This document shows positions 17,121-26,274 of a DNA stretch of 64,000 bases, one piece after another. The first letter of the stretch is position 1; every line of letters begins with the position of its first letter. Origin of the DNA: Clostridia bacterium (GTDB lineage Bacteria; Bacillota; Clostridia; TANB77; UBA1234); NCBI GenBank assembly GCA_017518295.1, contig JAFWVJ010000022.1:19614-83613 (forward strand). The letters run 5' to 3'. The notes beneath the pieces were generated by a model that was not told where the DNA came from, searched no databases, and worked only from the letters and a program-made list of their open reading frames with translations. The position numbers and the translations under genes were made by a program.

Positions 17121-18447
17121 ATGGAAAAAAATGATGTTAAGCTAGTGCTAGATGTTAATGAAAAGCCAAAAGCCATACAATGGATTTTCTTAAGTATACA
17201 ACACGTATTTGCAATGTTTGGTGCAACAGTGCTTGTGCCATTATTAGTTAATCAAGGAGTAGTGGAACAAGGCGGAAGTGAATTTTTATCGACCTCAGTA
17301 ACTTTAGTTGCTGCAGGAATAGGTACTTTATTATATATACTTTGTACAAAAGGAAAGTCTCCTGTGTTTTTAGGAAGTTCATTTGCATTTATAACACCAC
17401 TAATAGTTGCTTATATGTCGGGATATGCAACTGGTAATCCAAAAGATGGAGCAGCTGCTGCATTAACTCGGAATAATGGTGGTAGGATTAGTTTATGTAG
17501 TAGTTTCATTTTTGATTCGATTAATAGGAAAAAAATGGATTGCAAAGCTTTTGCCACCTATAGTAATTGGCCCGATGATTATGATAATTGGTCTTGGATT
17601 ATCTAGTTCTGCAATAAAAAATATTGGAATTGGATCAGGGACTGAAGTTTTAGACTATAAAGGGATTATAGTTGCATTTATTACATTTGTAGTTACAGTT
17701 TTGATGCTAGTAAAAGCAAAAGGATTTTTTAAAGTAATTCCATTTTTAGTTGGTATTTTAGCAGGATATTTAACATCAATAGTTTTAGGTATGGTAGATT
17801 TTACAACTGTGTCACAAGCAGCCTGGATCCAAGTACCAAATTTTCAAATTCCATTTATTAGCTACACACCAAACCTAATGGTTGCATTAACTATGGCACC
17901 AATTGCACTAGTAACTATGGCTGAGCATATAGGAGATCATACAGCACTTAGTACTATAATTGGAAAAGACTTATTAAAAGAACCAGGATTAGAAAGAACT
18001 TTGCTAGGTGATGGAGTAGCGACTTTTGTAGCAGGTTTAATTGGTGCTCCAGCAAATACAACTTATGGAGAAAATACATCAGTAGTTGGAATGACAAAAA
18101 TTGCATCAGTTTGGGTAATAGGACTTGCAGCAATTTTTGCAATAATATTTGGATTCTTAGGAAAGTTAATTGCAGTAATTCAAACTATACCAAATCCTGT
18201 TTTGGGTGGAATATCACTTTTGCTATATGGATTTATAGCAGTAAATGGTTTAAAGATATTAATTCAAAATCAAATAGATTTTGGAAAAACAAGAAATGTA
18301 ATTATTGCATCTAGTATGCTTGTAATAGGTTTAGGAGGTGCTGTAATTACAATTGCAACAGGTGGAAATATGTCTATACCAATTTCGGGAATGACATTAG
18401 CTGCAATAGTAGGAATAATACTAAATAAATTATTGCCAGAAGAATAA
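17121..18447 (+). pseudogene. uraA: Uracil permease (NCS2 family), reading frame broken by a +1 shift near 17466-17476
   Basis: ORFs 17121..17606 and 17476..18447 are two halves of a single UraA/PyrP-like protein; each frame turns to nonsense past the junction. Confidence 0.7.
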
Positions 18448-18467
18448 TTAAGGTGGAGGATATTAAG

Positions 18468-19340
18468 ATGACTCAAGAGATAGTTAAATTTTATGCAACA
18501 GATGGAATTACATTAGATGGTTATATAAATAAATGTGAAAATAATACAAATAAGATTTTAATTCAAACTCATGGAATGACTTCTAATTGTTTTAAATATA
18601 AAGCAAATGCTATTTCAAATGAAGTCTTAAAAAATGGAATAGATTCACTTTGCTATAATAATAGAGGAAGCGAAATAGCAAAATTTATTAAAGGAAAAGA
18701 TGGCGTTGTTAGACTTGGCGGCTCTGCTTATGAAGAAATATCAGAAAGCTATTATGATATTTGTGGAGCTATACAGTTTGCTTTAGATAGAGGTTATACA
18801 GATATTTATTTGCAAGGCCATAGCTTAGGATCTACAAAAACTGTTTATGCATATAATAGATTGTTAAAAGAAAATAATGAATTAGCTAGCCATGTAAAAG
18901 CGTTGATATTACTATCACTTGTAGATTTACCTATGGTTGTTAAGTATTATGGAAAGGATTATTTAGAATATGCAAAAGAAAAAATGGAAAAAGGAGAAGG
19001 AAATAGCATGATTGCACCAGACGCATTTCCTTATCCACTTTCTGTAAAAGTATTTTTAAGATATGCAACAAATAATGGTGATATAGATTTTGCAAAGTTT
19101 GGAAATGAAGAAGATGATTTTGAAGTATTAAATAGTTTTAAAATTCCGCTATTTTTTAGATGGGGAAATGTAGAAGAAATACTATCATTAGATGTTGAAA
19201 AACAAGTAGACTTTATAAAAAGAAAAATTCATAACGATAAATTAGATGCATCATTTATAGATGGCGCAAATCATTCTTATTTTGGTAAAGAAGAACAGTT
19301 AGCAAAAGAAATTGCAGAGTTTTTAAATAAAAATATCTAA
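18468..19340 (+). CDS. Alpha/beta-hydrolase (esterase/lipase-like)
   Basis: GHSLG nucleophile elbow; ATG 18468 with GGTGGAGG RBS. Confidence 0.7.
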   Translation: MTQEIVKFYATDGITLDGYINKCENNTNKILIQTHGMTSNCFKYKANAISNEVLKNGIDSLCYNNRGSEIAKFIKGKDGVVRLGGSAYEEISESYYDICGAIQFALDRGYTDIYLQGHSLGSTKTVYAYNRLLKENNELASHVKALILLSLVDLPMVVKYYGKDYLEYAKEKMEKGEGNSMIAPDAFPYPLSVKVFLRYATNNGDIDFAKFGNEEDDFEVLNSFKIPLFFRWGNVEEILSLDVEKQVDFIKRKIHNDKLDASFIDGANHSYFGKEEQLAKEIAEFLNKNI

Positions 19341-19412
19341 CGAAAGAGAAAAAATTATGGATAAAAAATATAAATATAGATTAAAGATACTAAGATTTAT
19401 GGGGGAATAAAA

Positions 19413-19952
19413 GTGAAAATCGAAGTTAAAAAAAGAGGCTCAAAAGAATTTTATGATGAAATGCTTTATGTTATATCTTATTGCAAAAAGTTTATAAAAA
19501 AACCAAATCAAAAGGCATGGAGATATACAAATTATTTATATATGTTTATGGTAATTAGTGTAATTATGTGCGGCATATTTGTTGCTATGTATTTATTAGA
19601 TAATAAATGGTATAACATGGTAATGACCGGTGCATTTTTACTTGCTTTCTTTTTTACACTTATTCTTCTAGTAACAGTCAAAAAGAGAATAAAAATGTAT
19701 ATGGACGATAATAGCGATAAAATAATTGAAATTACAAAAGAATGTATAGATTATAGTAGCGATACAATGAATCTTAAAATGAATAAAGGAGATATAAGCT
19801 ATATAGTAATCAATAAATATTCAATATGCATTTTACCAAAAGAACTTAATAAATATGCAATTTCAATTAGCCATGATTATTTAGAAGACTTCTTAAAAGG
19901 TGCAAAAGAAGAAGGATACGAGGGTATTATAGTAGACAATAGAAAGAAATAG
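19413..19952 (+). CDS. YcxB-like membrane protein
   Basis: GTG start with GGGGG RBS; two TM helices. Confidence 0.5.
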   Translation: MKIEVKKRGSKEFYDEMLYVISYCKKFIKKPNQKAWRYTNYLYMFMVISVIMCGIFVAMYLLDNKWYNMVMTGAFLLAFFFTLILLVTVKKRIKMYMDDNSDKIIEITKECIDYSSDTMNLKMNKGDISYIVINKYSICILPKELNKYAISISHDYLEDFLKGAKEEGYEGIIVDNRKK

Positions 19953-19979
19953 TTTTAAAAGTAAAGAAGGAGATTTTAG

Positions 19980-20894
19980 ATGGTAGACACTAAAAAAGTA
20001 GTAATAATAGGCTGTGGAAACGTAGGTATGAGTTATGCATATGCACTATTAAATCAAAAGACATATGTAAATGAACTTTGCTTAATAGATTTAAATAAAG
20101 AAAGAGTAGAAGGTGAAGTAATGGACTTAAACCATTGCCTTGCATTTTCACCTTCAACAATGAAGATAGAAGTGGGAGATTATCCTTGCTGTAAAGATGC
20201 AGACTTAATAGTAATTGCAGCAGGAGCAAATCAAAAGCCAGGAGAAACAAGACTTGATTTATTAAAAAAGAATGCAAGTATATTTAAAGGAATAATAGAT
20301 AATGTAATGGCATCTGGATTTAATGGAATTTTTATGATAGCAACAAATCCAGTAGATATAATGACATATATTACTCAAAAATATTCTGGACTTCCTCATC
20401 ATAAAGTTATAGGCACAGGTACATCTTTAGATACAGCAAGATTAAGATACTTAATAGGAGACAAGCTAAAAGTAGATCCAGCAAATGTGCATGGATATGT
20501 AATTGGAGAACATGGTGATTCAGAATTTGTGCCATGGAGTAATGTAAATGTTGGACTACAAAAAATCTCTGACTTTTTGTATGAAGACGATATGAAGAAA
20601 ATAGCAGAAGAAGTTAAAAATGCTGCTTATGAAATAATAAATAAAAAAGGTGCTACATATTATGGAATAGGTATGACACTAGTAAAACTTACAAATGCAA
20701 TATTAGGAAATGAACATGCAATAGCAGTAGTATCTAATTATGATGAAACAAATGATGTATATGTTGGACTTCCTGCGGTATTAGATGGAAGCGGAGTTTC
20801 TAGAAAAATCTTTTTTGATTTAAATAAAGAAGAAGAAAAGAAATTGCAAAATAGTATAGATATAATTAAAGAAAATATAAAAGATTTATTTTAA
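19980..20894 (+). CDS. ldh: L-lactate dehydrogenase
   Basis: GCGNVG Rossmann motif, IGEHGDS catalytic His loop, RLD substrate Arg. Confidence 0.95.
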   Translation: MVDTKKVVIIGCGNVGMSYAYALLNQKTYVNELCLIDLNKERVEGEVMDLNHCLAFSPSTMKIEVGDYPCCKDADLIVIAAGANQKPGETRLDLLKKNASIFKGIIDNVMASGFNGIFMIATNPVDIMTYITQKYSGLPHHKVIGTGTSLDTARLRYLIGDKLKVDPANVHGYVIGEHGDSEFVPWSNVNVGLQKISDFLYEDDMKKIAEEVKNAAYEIINKKGATYYGIGMTLVKLTNAILGNEHAIAVVSNYDETNDVYVGLPAVLDGSGVSRKIFFDLNKEEEKKLQNSIDIIKENIKDLF

Positions 20895-20921
20895 TTTAAT
20901 ATCCATATAAGGAGGCTGAAT

Positions 20922-21455
20922 ATGCATATTGAGTTTGAAGAAAGAATTTTAGAAGTAGATAAAGATAAAATGATTTCTAAATTGGAAAGTCTTGGTGCTA
21001 TAAAAAAAGGCGAGTGGTTTCAAAAAAGATATGTTTATGATTTTAATCCAGTAAGAGAAAATGAATGGATTCGCTTAAGAACAAATGGAGAAGTTGCAAC
21101 TCTTGCATATAAAAATGTAGAAAAAAATACAGTTGATGGCACTAAAGAACTAGAAGTAGAAGTATCGGATTTTGAAGAGACAAACGAACTTTTAAATGTG
21201 CTAGGATATAAAGCAAAAGGTTATCAAGAAAATAAAAGAGTACGCTACATGTTAAATGGTGTAGAAATAGATATAGATAGCTGGCCTATGATTCCAACTT
21301 ATATGGAAATAGAAGCAGAAAGTGAAGAAAAAGTTAAAGAAATTGAAAAACTTTTGGAAGTAGATGAAAGCAAAATTACTGCACTAAACTGTGAAGATAT
21401 TTATATACAAATCTATGGAATAAATCTCAAAGAACAAAAAGATTTGAGATTTTAA
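20922..21455 (+). CDS. CYTH-domain protein (class IV adenylate cyclase / triphosphatase-like)
   Basis: ExE N-terminal motif (IEFEER), acidic patches EVEVSDFE and EIEAESEE. Confidence 0.7.
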   Translation: MHIEFEERILEVDKDKMISKLESLGAIKKGEWFQKRYVYDFNPVRENEWIRLRTNGEVATLAYKNVEKNTVDGTKELEVEVSDFEETNELLNVLGYKAKGYQENKRVRYMLNGVEIDIDSWPMIPTYMEIEAESEEKVKEIEKLLEVDESKITALNCEDIYIQIYGINLKEQKDLRF

Positions 21456-21471
21456 TAAAGGGGGATTTAAA

Positions 21472-22752
21472 ATGAAAAAATTATTACTACTAGTTATTAC
21501 AATTATAGTTTGCTTATGCTTAACAGCATGTGGTGGCCAAGAGGAACCAAAAACAAATGATAACAATGCTCAAAATAGTGAAGTAAATAACCAAGAAACA
21601 TCTAATTATGAAGAACCTGCTAAAGAAGAAACAGAGCCTCTTACAAGAGAAGTAAAAGCAGCTAATGTATGGATGAGCTTACCAGAAAATGTAGATATGT
21701 ATTGGAGAGTAGATGAAAAAAATACTTCAAATTATGGTATTGCTGTAGAAAATAAAAGAGGAAATAATGTAATGTATGGAAGTGAAGGTTGGGATTACGG
21801 ATATCCTCCTCAAAGCGAATTTAATAGACTAGAAAATCGCTATAATTACTATGAATATAAAGGCGATTATAAATGGGATTCTTATGCTCATTTTTATGAT
21901 AAAGGTTGGGATACTCATTATTTCAAAGGAAATTATCCATCAAGTCCACAAACATTCTGTATGGGAAGACAATATGTAATTTTGGATAATTATACTGACG
22001 AGCACGAAACAATTAGCATTGAAGGTATTGGCGATGTTGATACAGTTAAAGGAACTTTGGTAGATTATAACGGTACTGATTATACAGTATATTATTCAGA
22101 AAAATTAGGTTTCAACGTTAAAGTAGAAAATACAGTTCAAGCATGGTATTTAACAAAGTTTGATACAAATGTAGGATCTGGTTTTCCACATGCATTACCA
22201 AATCAAAATGAAATAGCAGCAAATTCTTCTCAAACTTATGATGATTATGTTATTGATGATGAAATTATAGAATTTGATGATGTACCAAACGGACCACTTC
22301 CAGAGGATATAATAGTAACAAAAGTAGATGAGTCTGCAGAAGGACTTGTATTTGCATATTATCAAAAGAAAGATGCACAACTAACATTTGGAGATGTTTT
22401 AACAAATTACACAAAAGATTATACTGAAATTAGAACAGGAAGCGGAAGGCAAAGATGTGCATTTTTAGGATTTAAATTAGATGAAAATGATAGAATTCAA
22501 AGAGCTTATGCATGTGTAATATATAAAGGTGTGCTTTATGCAGTTGAAGGAACCACAGACGGAAGTAAATATGAGTCTAACAAAGCAATTATGAATAAAA
22601 TGTATGGACCAGAAGAAATAGATGACAGAGGTTATCGTTATTCAGCTGTAAAAGGAGAAACACATACAGATGTATGGCAAAACGGTCGTGCAGGCACATT
22701 CCATGAAGCTGGTGCACAAATAGATCAGTATGGAAAGATATATTGTGATTAA
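21472..22752 (+). CDS. Lipoprotein of unknown function
   Basis: Signal peptide plus lipobox LTAC; low-complexity N-terminal linker. Confidence 0.6.
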   Translation: MKKLLLLVITIIVCLCLTACGGQEEPKTNDNNAQNSEVNNQETSNYEEPAKEETEPLTREVKAANVWMSLPENVDMYWRVDEKNTSNYGIAVENKRGNNVMYGSEGWDYGYPPQSEFNRLENRYNYYEYKGDYKWDSYAHFYDKGWDTHYFKGNYPSSPQTFCMGRQYVILDNYTDEHETISIEGIGDVDTVKGTLVDYNGTDYTVYYSEKLGFNVKVENTVQAWYLTKFDTNVGSGFPHALPNQNEIAANSSQTYDDYVIDDEIIEFDDVPNGPLPEDIIVTKVDESAEGLVFAYYQKKDAQLTFGDVLTNYTKDYTEIRTGSGRQRCAFLGFKLDENDRIQRAYACVIYKGVLYAVEGTTDGSKYESNKAIMNKMYGPEEIDDRGYRYSAVKGETHTDVWQNGRAGTFHEAGAQIDQYGKIYCD

Positions 22753-22764
22753 TATATAAAAAAT

Positions 22765-22802
22765 AAAAAGTTCGACATATAATATGTCGAACTTTTATTT
22801 TA
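22765..22802. terminator. Bidirectional intrinsic terminator
   Basis: agttcgacatataatatgtcgaact flanked by A- and T-runs. Confidence 0.75.
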
Positions 22803-22803
22803 C

Positions 22804-22977
22804 TTATTTTGTCATTGCCTGGGAAACAAAGAACAGATTGGAGTGCTGAACATAAACGATGTTTACGCCTCCTTCTGGTCTCCAGCCATTTTCAGTAGCG
22901 GCTTTAACTTTTTCTTCAAGTTCTGAGGTGGCAAAATAGATCTGGGAATCGTTGGTTGTGATTACTTTGTAATTCAT
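22804..22977 (-). CDS. Small protein (57 aa, DUF1737-like), below the ORF-track size cutoff
   Basis: RBS AAGGAGG 7 nt before ATG; clean 57-codon frame; forms a pair with the next gene. Confidence 0.5.
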   Translation of the reverse strand: MNYKVITTNDSQIYFATSELEEKVKAATENGWRPEGGVNIVYVQHSNLFFVSQAMTK

Positions 22978-22998
22978 GGTAGAGCCTCCTTAATTTAA

Positions 22999-23232
22999 TT
23001 AAACTTTACGAGAAGAAATAAAGTGCTTTTCTACTTCAAAAGAATTATGACAGGTAGGGCAAGTAATGCTCCAAATTTCATAAGTATCTTCAGCTTTATA
23101 AAACGTATCATCTAAATCGTGCACAGTACAACGTTCGTATTTATTAGTTTTTCTAACATCAGCAGAAGTATATTCAAGTAGTTCGTGACACTTAGGGCAA
23201 GTTACAGTTTTTGATTTTACCTGAACTGCCAT
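22999..23232 (-). CDS. Small zinc-ribbon protein (CPKCH...CPTCH)
   Basis: RBS AAGGAGG before ATG (MAVQVKSK...); two CxxC pairs. Confidence 0.55.
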   Translation of the reverse strand: MAVQVKSKTVTCPKCHELLEYTSADVRKTNKYERCTVHDLDDTFYKAEDTYEIWSITCPTCHNSFEVEKHFISSRKV

Positions 23233-23392
23233 ACTTAGGAGCCTCCTTAAAAAATTTATTTTCAAGCGAATTATAGCATGGTTTATGGAATATGTAAATT
23301 AAAAAAGAGCTTTAATGCACATTTTATAGATAAATTATGTGGTATAATAGCTTAGATGGGACTTTAAATAGAGAATATGGAGACTTTAACAA

Positions 23393-24046
23393 ATGAAAAA
23401 TACAAAAATGGCTTTTGTAATAAATATATTAATAGTGCTATTTGAAATACTTGCGATAAGTTGGATGGCAAGTGGAAGAAGCGGAGGAGTATATTCATTT
23501 CCTGGAATATATATGCTTAACTTTTTTACAATAGATTCAAACATACTTATGGGAATTGCAGCACTGATTTCTATAATAGAGGAGTTTAAAGTAATTAAAG
23601 GTAAAAAAGAAGAAGTATCTAAATTCTCGAGAGCTTTTAAGTTAATGAGCGTAGTTGGAGTAACACTTACAATGTTAGTTACAATGATATTTTTAGCACC
23701 AGCATCACCTTATGGATATTTTTCGTTATTTACTTATAGTAATTTCTTCTTGCACTTATTAAATCCACTACTTAGCATAATAGTATTTGTAATGTTTGAA
23801 AAATCTAAAAGCCTATCTTTAAAACATACATTTATAGGGATAATTCCTATGGTGATATATTCTTTCTATTATGTTTGGGCAGCGGTAACTCATTCACATG
23901 ATGGAATAGTAGAGTCGGGCTATGATTGGTATGGATTTTTTACATTTGGATTAAATAGCATAGTTATTGTACTTCCAATTATGTATGCAATTACCTATGT
24001 AATAAGTGTTGTATTGTGGAAGTTAAATAAAGAAAAAGAAAGGTAG
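23393..24046 (+). CDS. Integral membrane protein (about 6 TM)
   Basis: Hydropathy. Confidence 0.6.
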   Translation: MKNTKMAFVINILIVLFEILAISWMASGRSGGVYSFPGIYMLNFFTIDSNILMGIAALISIIEEFKVIKGKKEEVSKFSRAFKLMSVVGVTLTMLVTMIFLAPASPYGYFSLFTYSNFFLHLLNPLLSIIVFVMFEKSKSLSLKHTFIGIIPMVIYSFYYVWAAVTHSHDGIVESGYDWYGFFTFGLNSIVIVLPIMYAITYVISVVLWKLNKEKER

Positions 24047-24053
24047 TAATAAT

Positions 24054-24617
24054 ATGGATAGAGAAAAAGCTTTTGAATTATTAAAAAAATATAATAAAGA
24101 TGCATTTCATATTAGACATGTATTAACAGTAGAAGGTGCTATGAAATATTTTGCAAGAAAAAATAATGAAGATGAAAACTTTTGGGGATGTGTTGGTCTT
24201 TTGCATGATATAGATTTTGAGAATTGGCCAGAAGAGCACTGCTTAAAAGCACCTGAATTATTAAAAGAAATAAATGCACCAGAAGAATTTATACATGCTG
24301 TATGTTCACATGGTTATGGCTTATGCTGTGATGTAAAACCAGAACTTTTGATGGAAAAGATACTATTTGCAGTAGATGAATTAACAGGATTAGTCGGAGC
24401 AGCTGCGCTAATGAGACCTTCAAAGAGCGTGCAAGATATGGAAGTATCTTCATTAAAGAAGAAGTTCAAAGATAAAAAGTTTGCAGCAGGCTGTTCAAGA
24501 GATGTAATTAGACAAGGAGCAGAAATGCTAGGTTGGGAATTAGATGACTTATTTGCACAAACAATTGATGCAATGAAGGTTGATGAAGAAAAGATAAATA
24601 AATTTATGGTAGAATAA
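24054..24617 (+). CDS. HD-domain phosphohydrolase
   Basis: H...HD motif (LLHDID). Confidence 0.85.
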   Translation: MDREKAFELLKKYNKDAFHIRHVLTVEGAMKYFARKNNEDENFWGCVGLLHDIDFENWPEEHCLKAPELLKEINAPEEFIHAVCSHGYGLCCDVKPELLMEKILFAVDELTGLVGAAALMRPSKSVQDMEVSSLKKKFKDKKFAAGCSRDVIRQGAEMLGWELDDLFAQTIDAMKVDEEKINKFMVE

Positions 24618-24637
24618 ATTGTAAGTGATTTAAATGA

Positions 24638-24667
24638 AAATGATTTTTGGACCTGCCTTAAAAAACA
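24638..24667. repeat. Palindromic ~30-bp element, copy 1 (right arm degenerate)
   Basis: aatgatttttggacctgccttaaaaaacag; about 22 bp upstream of the start of 24689..25423. Confidence 0.8.
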
Positions 24668-24688
24668 GAAACAAAAGAGGAGAACGAT

Positions 24689-25423
24689 ATGAAAAAATTA
24701 ATTCCAGCAATTATAGCAGTAATTATTATAGCGGTAGTTGCAATTATAGTAATGTTAAATAATGCTAACAATGCCAACAATATCAACAATGCAAAGAAAG
24801 ATCCAATTAATTCTACATCAGGAGAGATAATTGAGGTTACTAATAACACTTCTGGTGAAGAAAACAAAGAAGAAAATAAAAACACATTAGAGGATTATTT
24901 AAATGACCAGGTTTGGCTAAGTGAGAACTTATTTATAACAAGTGGTCAATGCGATGTTGGACTGACACAAACACAACAAGTTCATTTTATAAAAACATCA
25001 GATAATACAGGGTTTCTTAAGATTGAAGTAATTGAACCATATGGAATTGATGAATATCTATTGATTGGAATGGATAATGGAACTATTAAAATTGTTGATA
25101 TAAAACGCGATACTGGATACTTTAGTTCATTCGATTTTGCACATGGAGAATTCTTGTATGATACAAATAAAAACACATTTTATTATTGCGTTGAAGATTT
25201 GGATGGAGACTATATAAAACAGGATGTTATTTTTACGATTGATGGATTTGACGTAAATATAATAAAACAAATAATTATAACAGGCGAGGATAATGATTTT
25301 GTAGAAAATAATAAAGAAGTCGAGCAAATGCTTGAAGGATATGATTTTAAAAAGATAGATAATAAGTTGTGCACGATTTATTATCCTGAAATTTATAAAA
25401 AAGATAGTAAATACGATTTTTAG
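24689..25423 (+). CDS. Membrane-anchored secreted protein, paralog family A (with 26275..27900)
   Basis: N-terminal signal anchor; conserved TLEDYLND..WLS and IFTIDGFDVNII blocks shared with the paralog; preceded by palindromic element copy 1. Confidence 0.65.
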   Translation: MKKLIPAIIAVIIIAVVAIIVMLNNANNANNINNAKKDPINSTSGEIIEVTNNTSGEENKEENKNTLEDYLNDQVWLSENLFITSGQCDVGLTQTQQVHFIKTSDNTGFLKIEVIEPYGIDEYLLIGMDNGTIKIVDIKRDTGYFSSFDFAHGEFLYDTNKNTFYYCVEDLDGDYIKQDVIFTIDGFDVNIIKQIIITGEDNDFVENNKEVEQMLEGYDFKKIDNKLCTIYYPEIYKKDSKYDF

Positions 25424-25512
25424 ATAGTATATTATGAATTATTAATCATTAATGGAAATATAGATAGTGAGTATAGCTTTAAAAATAATGCTAGAGCAAA
25501 GTCAAAAAAATA

Positions 25513-25544
25513 AAAAGACAAGGAAATGATTCCTTGTCTTTTTT
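25513..25544. terminator. Bidirectional intrinsic terminator
   Basis: aaaagacaaggaaatgattccttgtctttttt. Confidence 0.8.
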
Positions 25545-25556
25545 CGATTTTAATCA

Positions 25557-25778
25557 TCAAAGTGGAGTGCTAATTGGCACCTGCTTCCCATCTTTCCAAC
25601 ATTCAATCAGCTGGCTCTCCAATTCAGAAAGTTGCATGCAAAACGGACACTGAAAATATTTTATTCTATAAACATGCTTCATTCCGATGAATGGGAAGTG
25701 TTCATTCCGGTGAGATTCGTGGATTTGCTCCTCGCTTACACTTACTTTCTGCTTACAGTTAGAACACAAACGCTCCAT
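25557..25778 (-). CDS. Small Cys-rich (zinc-finger-like) protein
   Basis: CSNCK...CPFC; GGAGG RBS. Confidence 0.45.
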   Translation of the reverse strand: MERLCSNCKQKVSVSEEQIHESHRNEHFPFIGMKHVYRIKYFQCPFCMQLSELESQLIECWKDGKQVPISTPL

Positions 25779-25888
25779 AATATAAATACCTCCAAAATTA
25801 TTTTTATTGTTATACGGGAGATAAGAATTAATGTGTCAAACACAAATAATATTATACCACAAGTTTACATAACTTTCAAGAAATTTTT

Positions 25889-25914
25889 GAGTTTACATAC
25901 GAATTTAACATATA
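25889..25914 (+). repeat. 26-bp direct repeat, copy 1 (gagtttacatacgaatttaacatata)
   Basis: Exact 26-bp match to 33254-33279; both lie in non-coding DNA about 100-400 bp upstream of palindromic-element copies. Confidence 0.7.
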
Positions 25915-25990
25915 CAGAAACAGAATATATAGAAGCAAAAAAGATTTGAGAAGGTAAAGTAGTGCTATCGAGTCTCCTTGCCAAATTGAA

Positions 25991-26020
25991 AATGTTTTTT
26001 GGACCTGTCCCCAAAAACAA
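25991..26020. repeat. Palindromic ~30-bp element, copy 2
   Basis: aatgttttttggacctgtccccaaaaacaa; about 30 bp upstream of ATG 26051. Confidence 0.85.
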
Positions 26021-26050
26021 GCATCTTTATGGTAGAAAAGGAGCGAAGAA

Positions 26051-26273
26051 AATGAATGAAGAAAGGAAAAATGAACAAAAATCAAAAGCAGATGAACTAA
26101 CTGAAAGTCTAGATAAGGTTTTAGTAAAAGCAGGATACGGACCAACAAAAGTGACAGAAAAGATTTGTATCAAGAAGAAGTGTGGTATAATAATTCCAAG
26201 AGATTTAATTATGTTTTTCGGACCTGTCCCAAAAAACAAGTCCCAAAAAACAAGAAGCAAAAGAGGAGAATGA
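26051..26273 (+). CDS. Small hypothetical protein, C-terminus read through palindromic element copy 3
   Basis: RBS AAAGGAG before ATG 26051; the ORF-track ORF 25962..26273 starts inside element copy 2, so the internal start is preferred. Confidence 0.3.
26209..26254. repeat. Palindromic element copy 3 plus tandem duplicate of its right arm (tcccaaaaaacaag x2)
   Basis: tatgtttttcggacctgtcccaaaaaacaagtcccaaaaaacaag; upstream of 26275..27900. Confidence 0.85.
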
Positions 26274-26274
26274 C

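Noticed and set aside
25962-26273. ORF-track 103-aa ORF containing two copies of MFFGPVPKNK
   Set aside because: The duplicated peptide is simply the palindromic DNA element read in one frame at both ends. The ORF starts inside element copy 2. A shorter ORF from ATG 26051 with its own RBS is kept at low confidence instead
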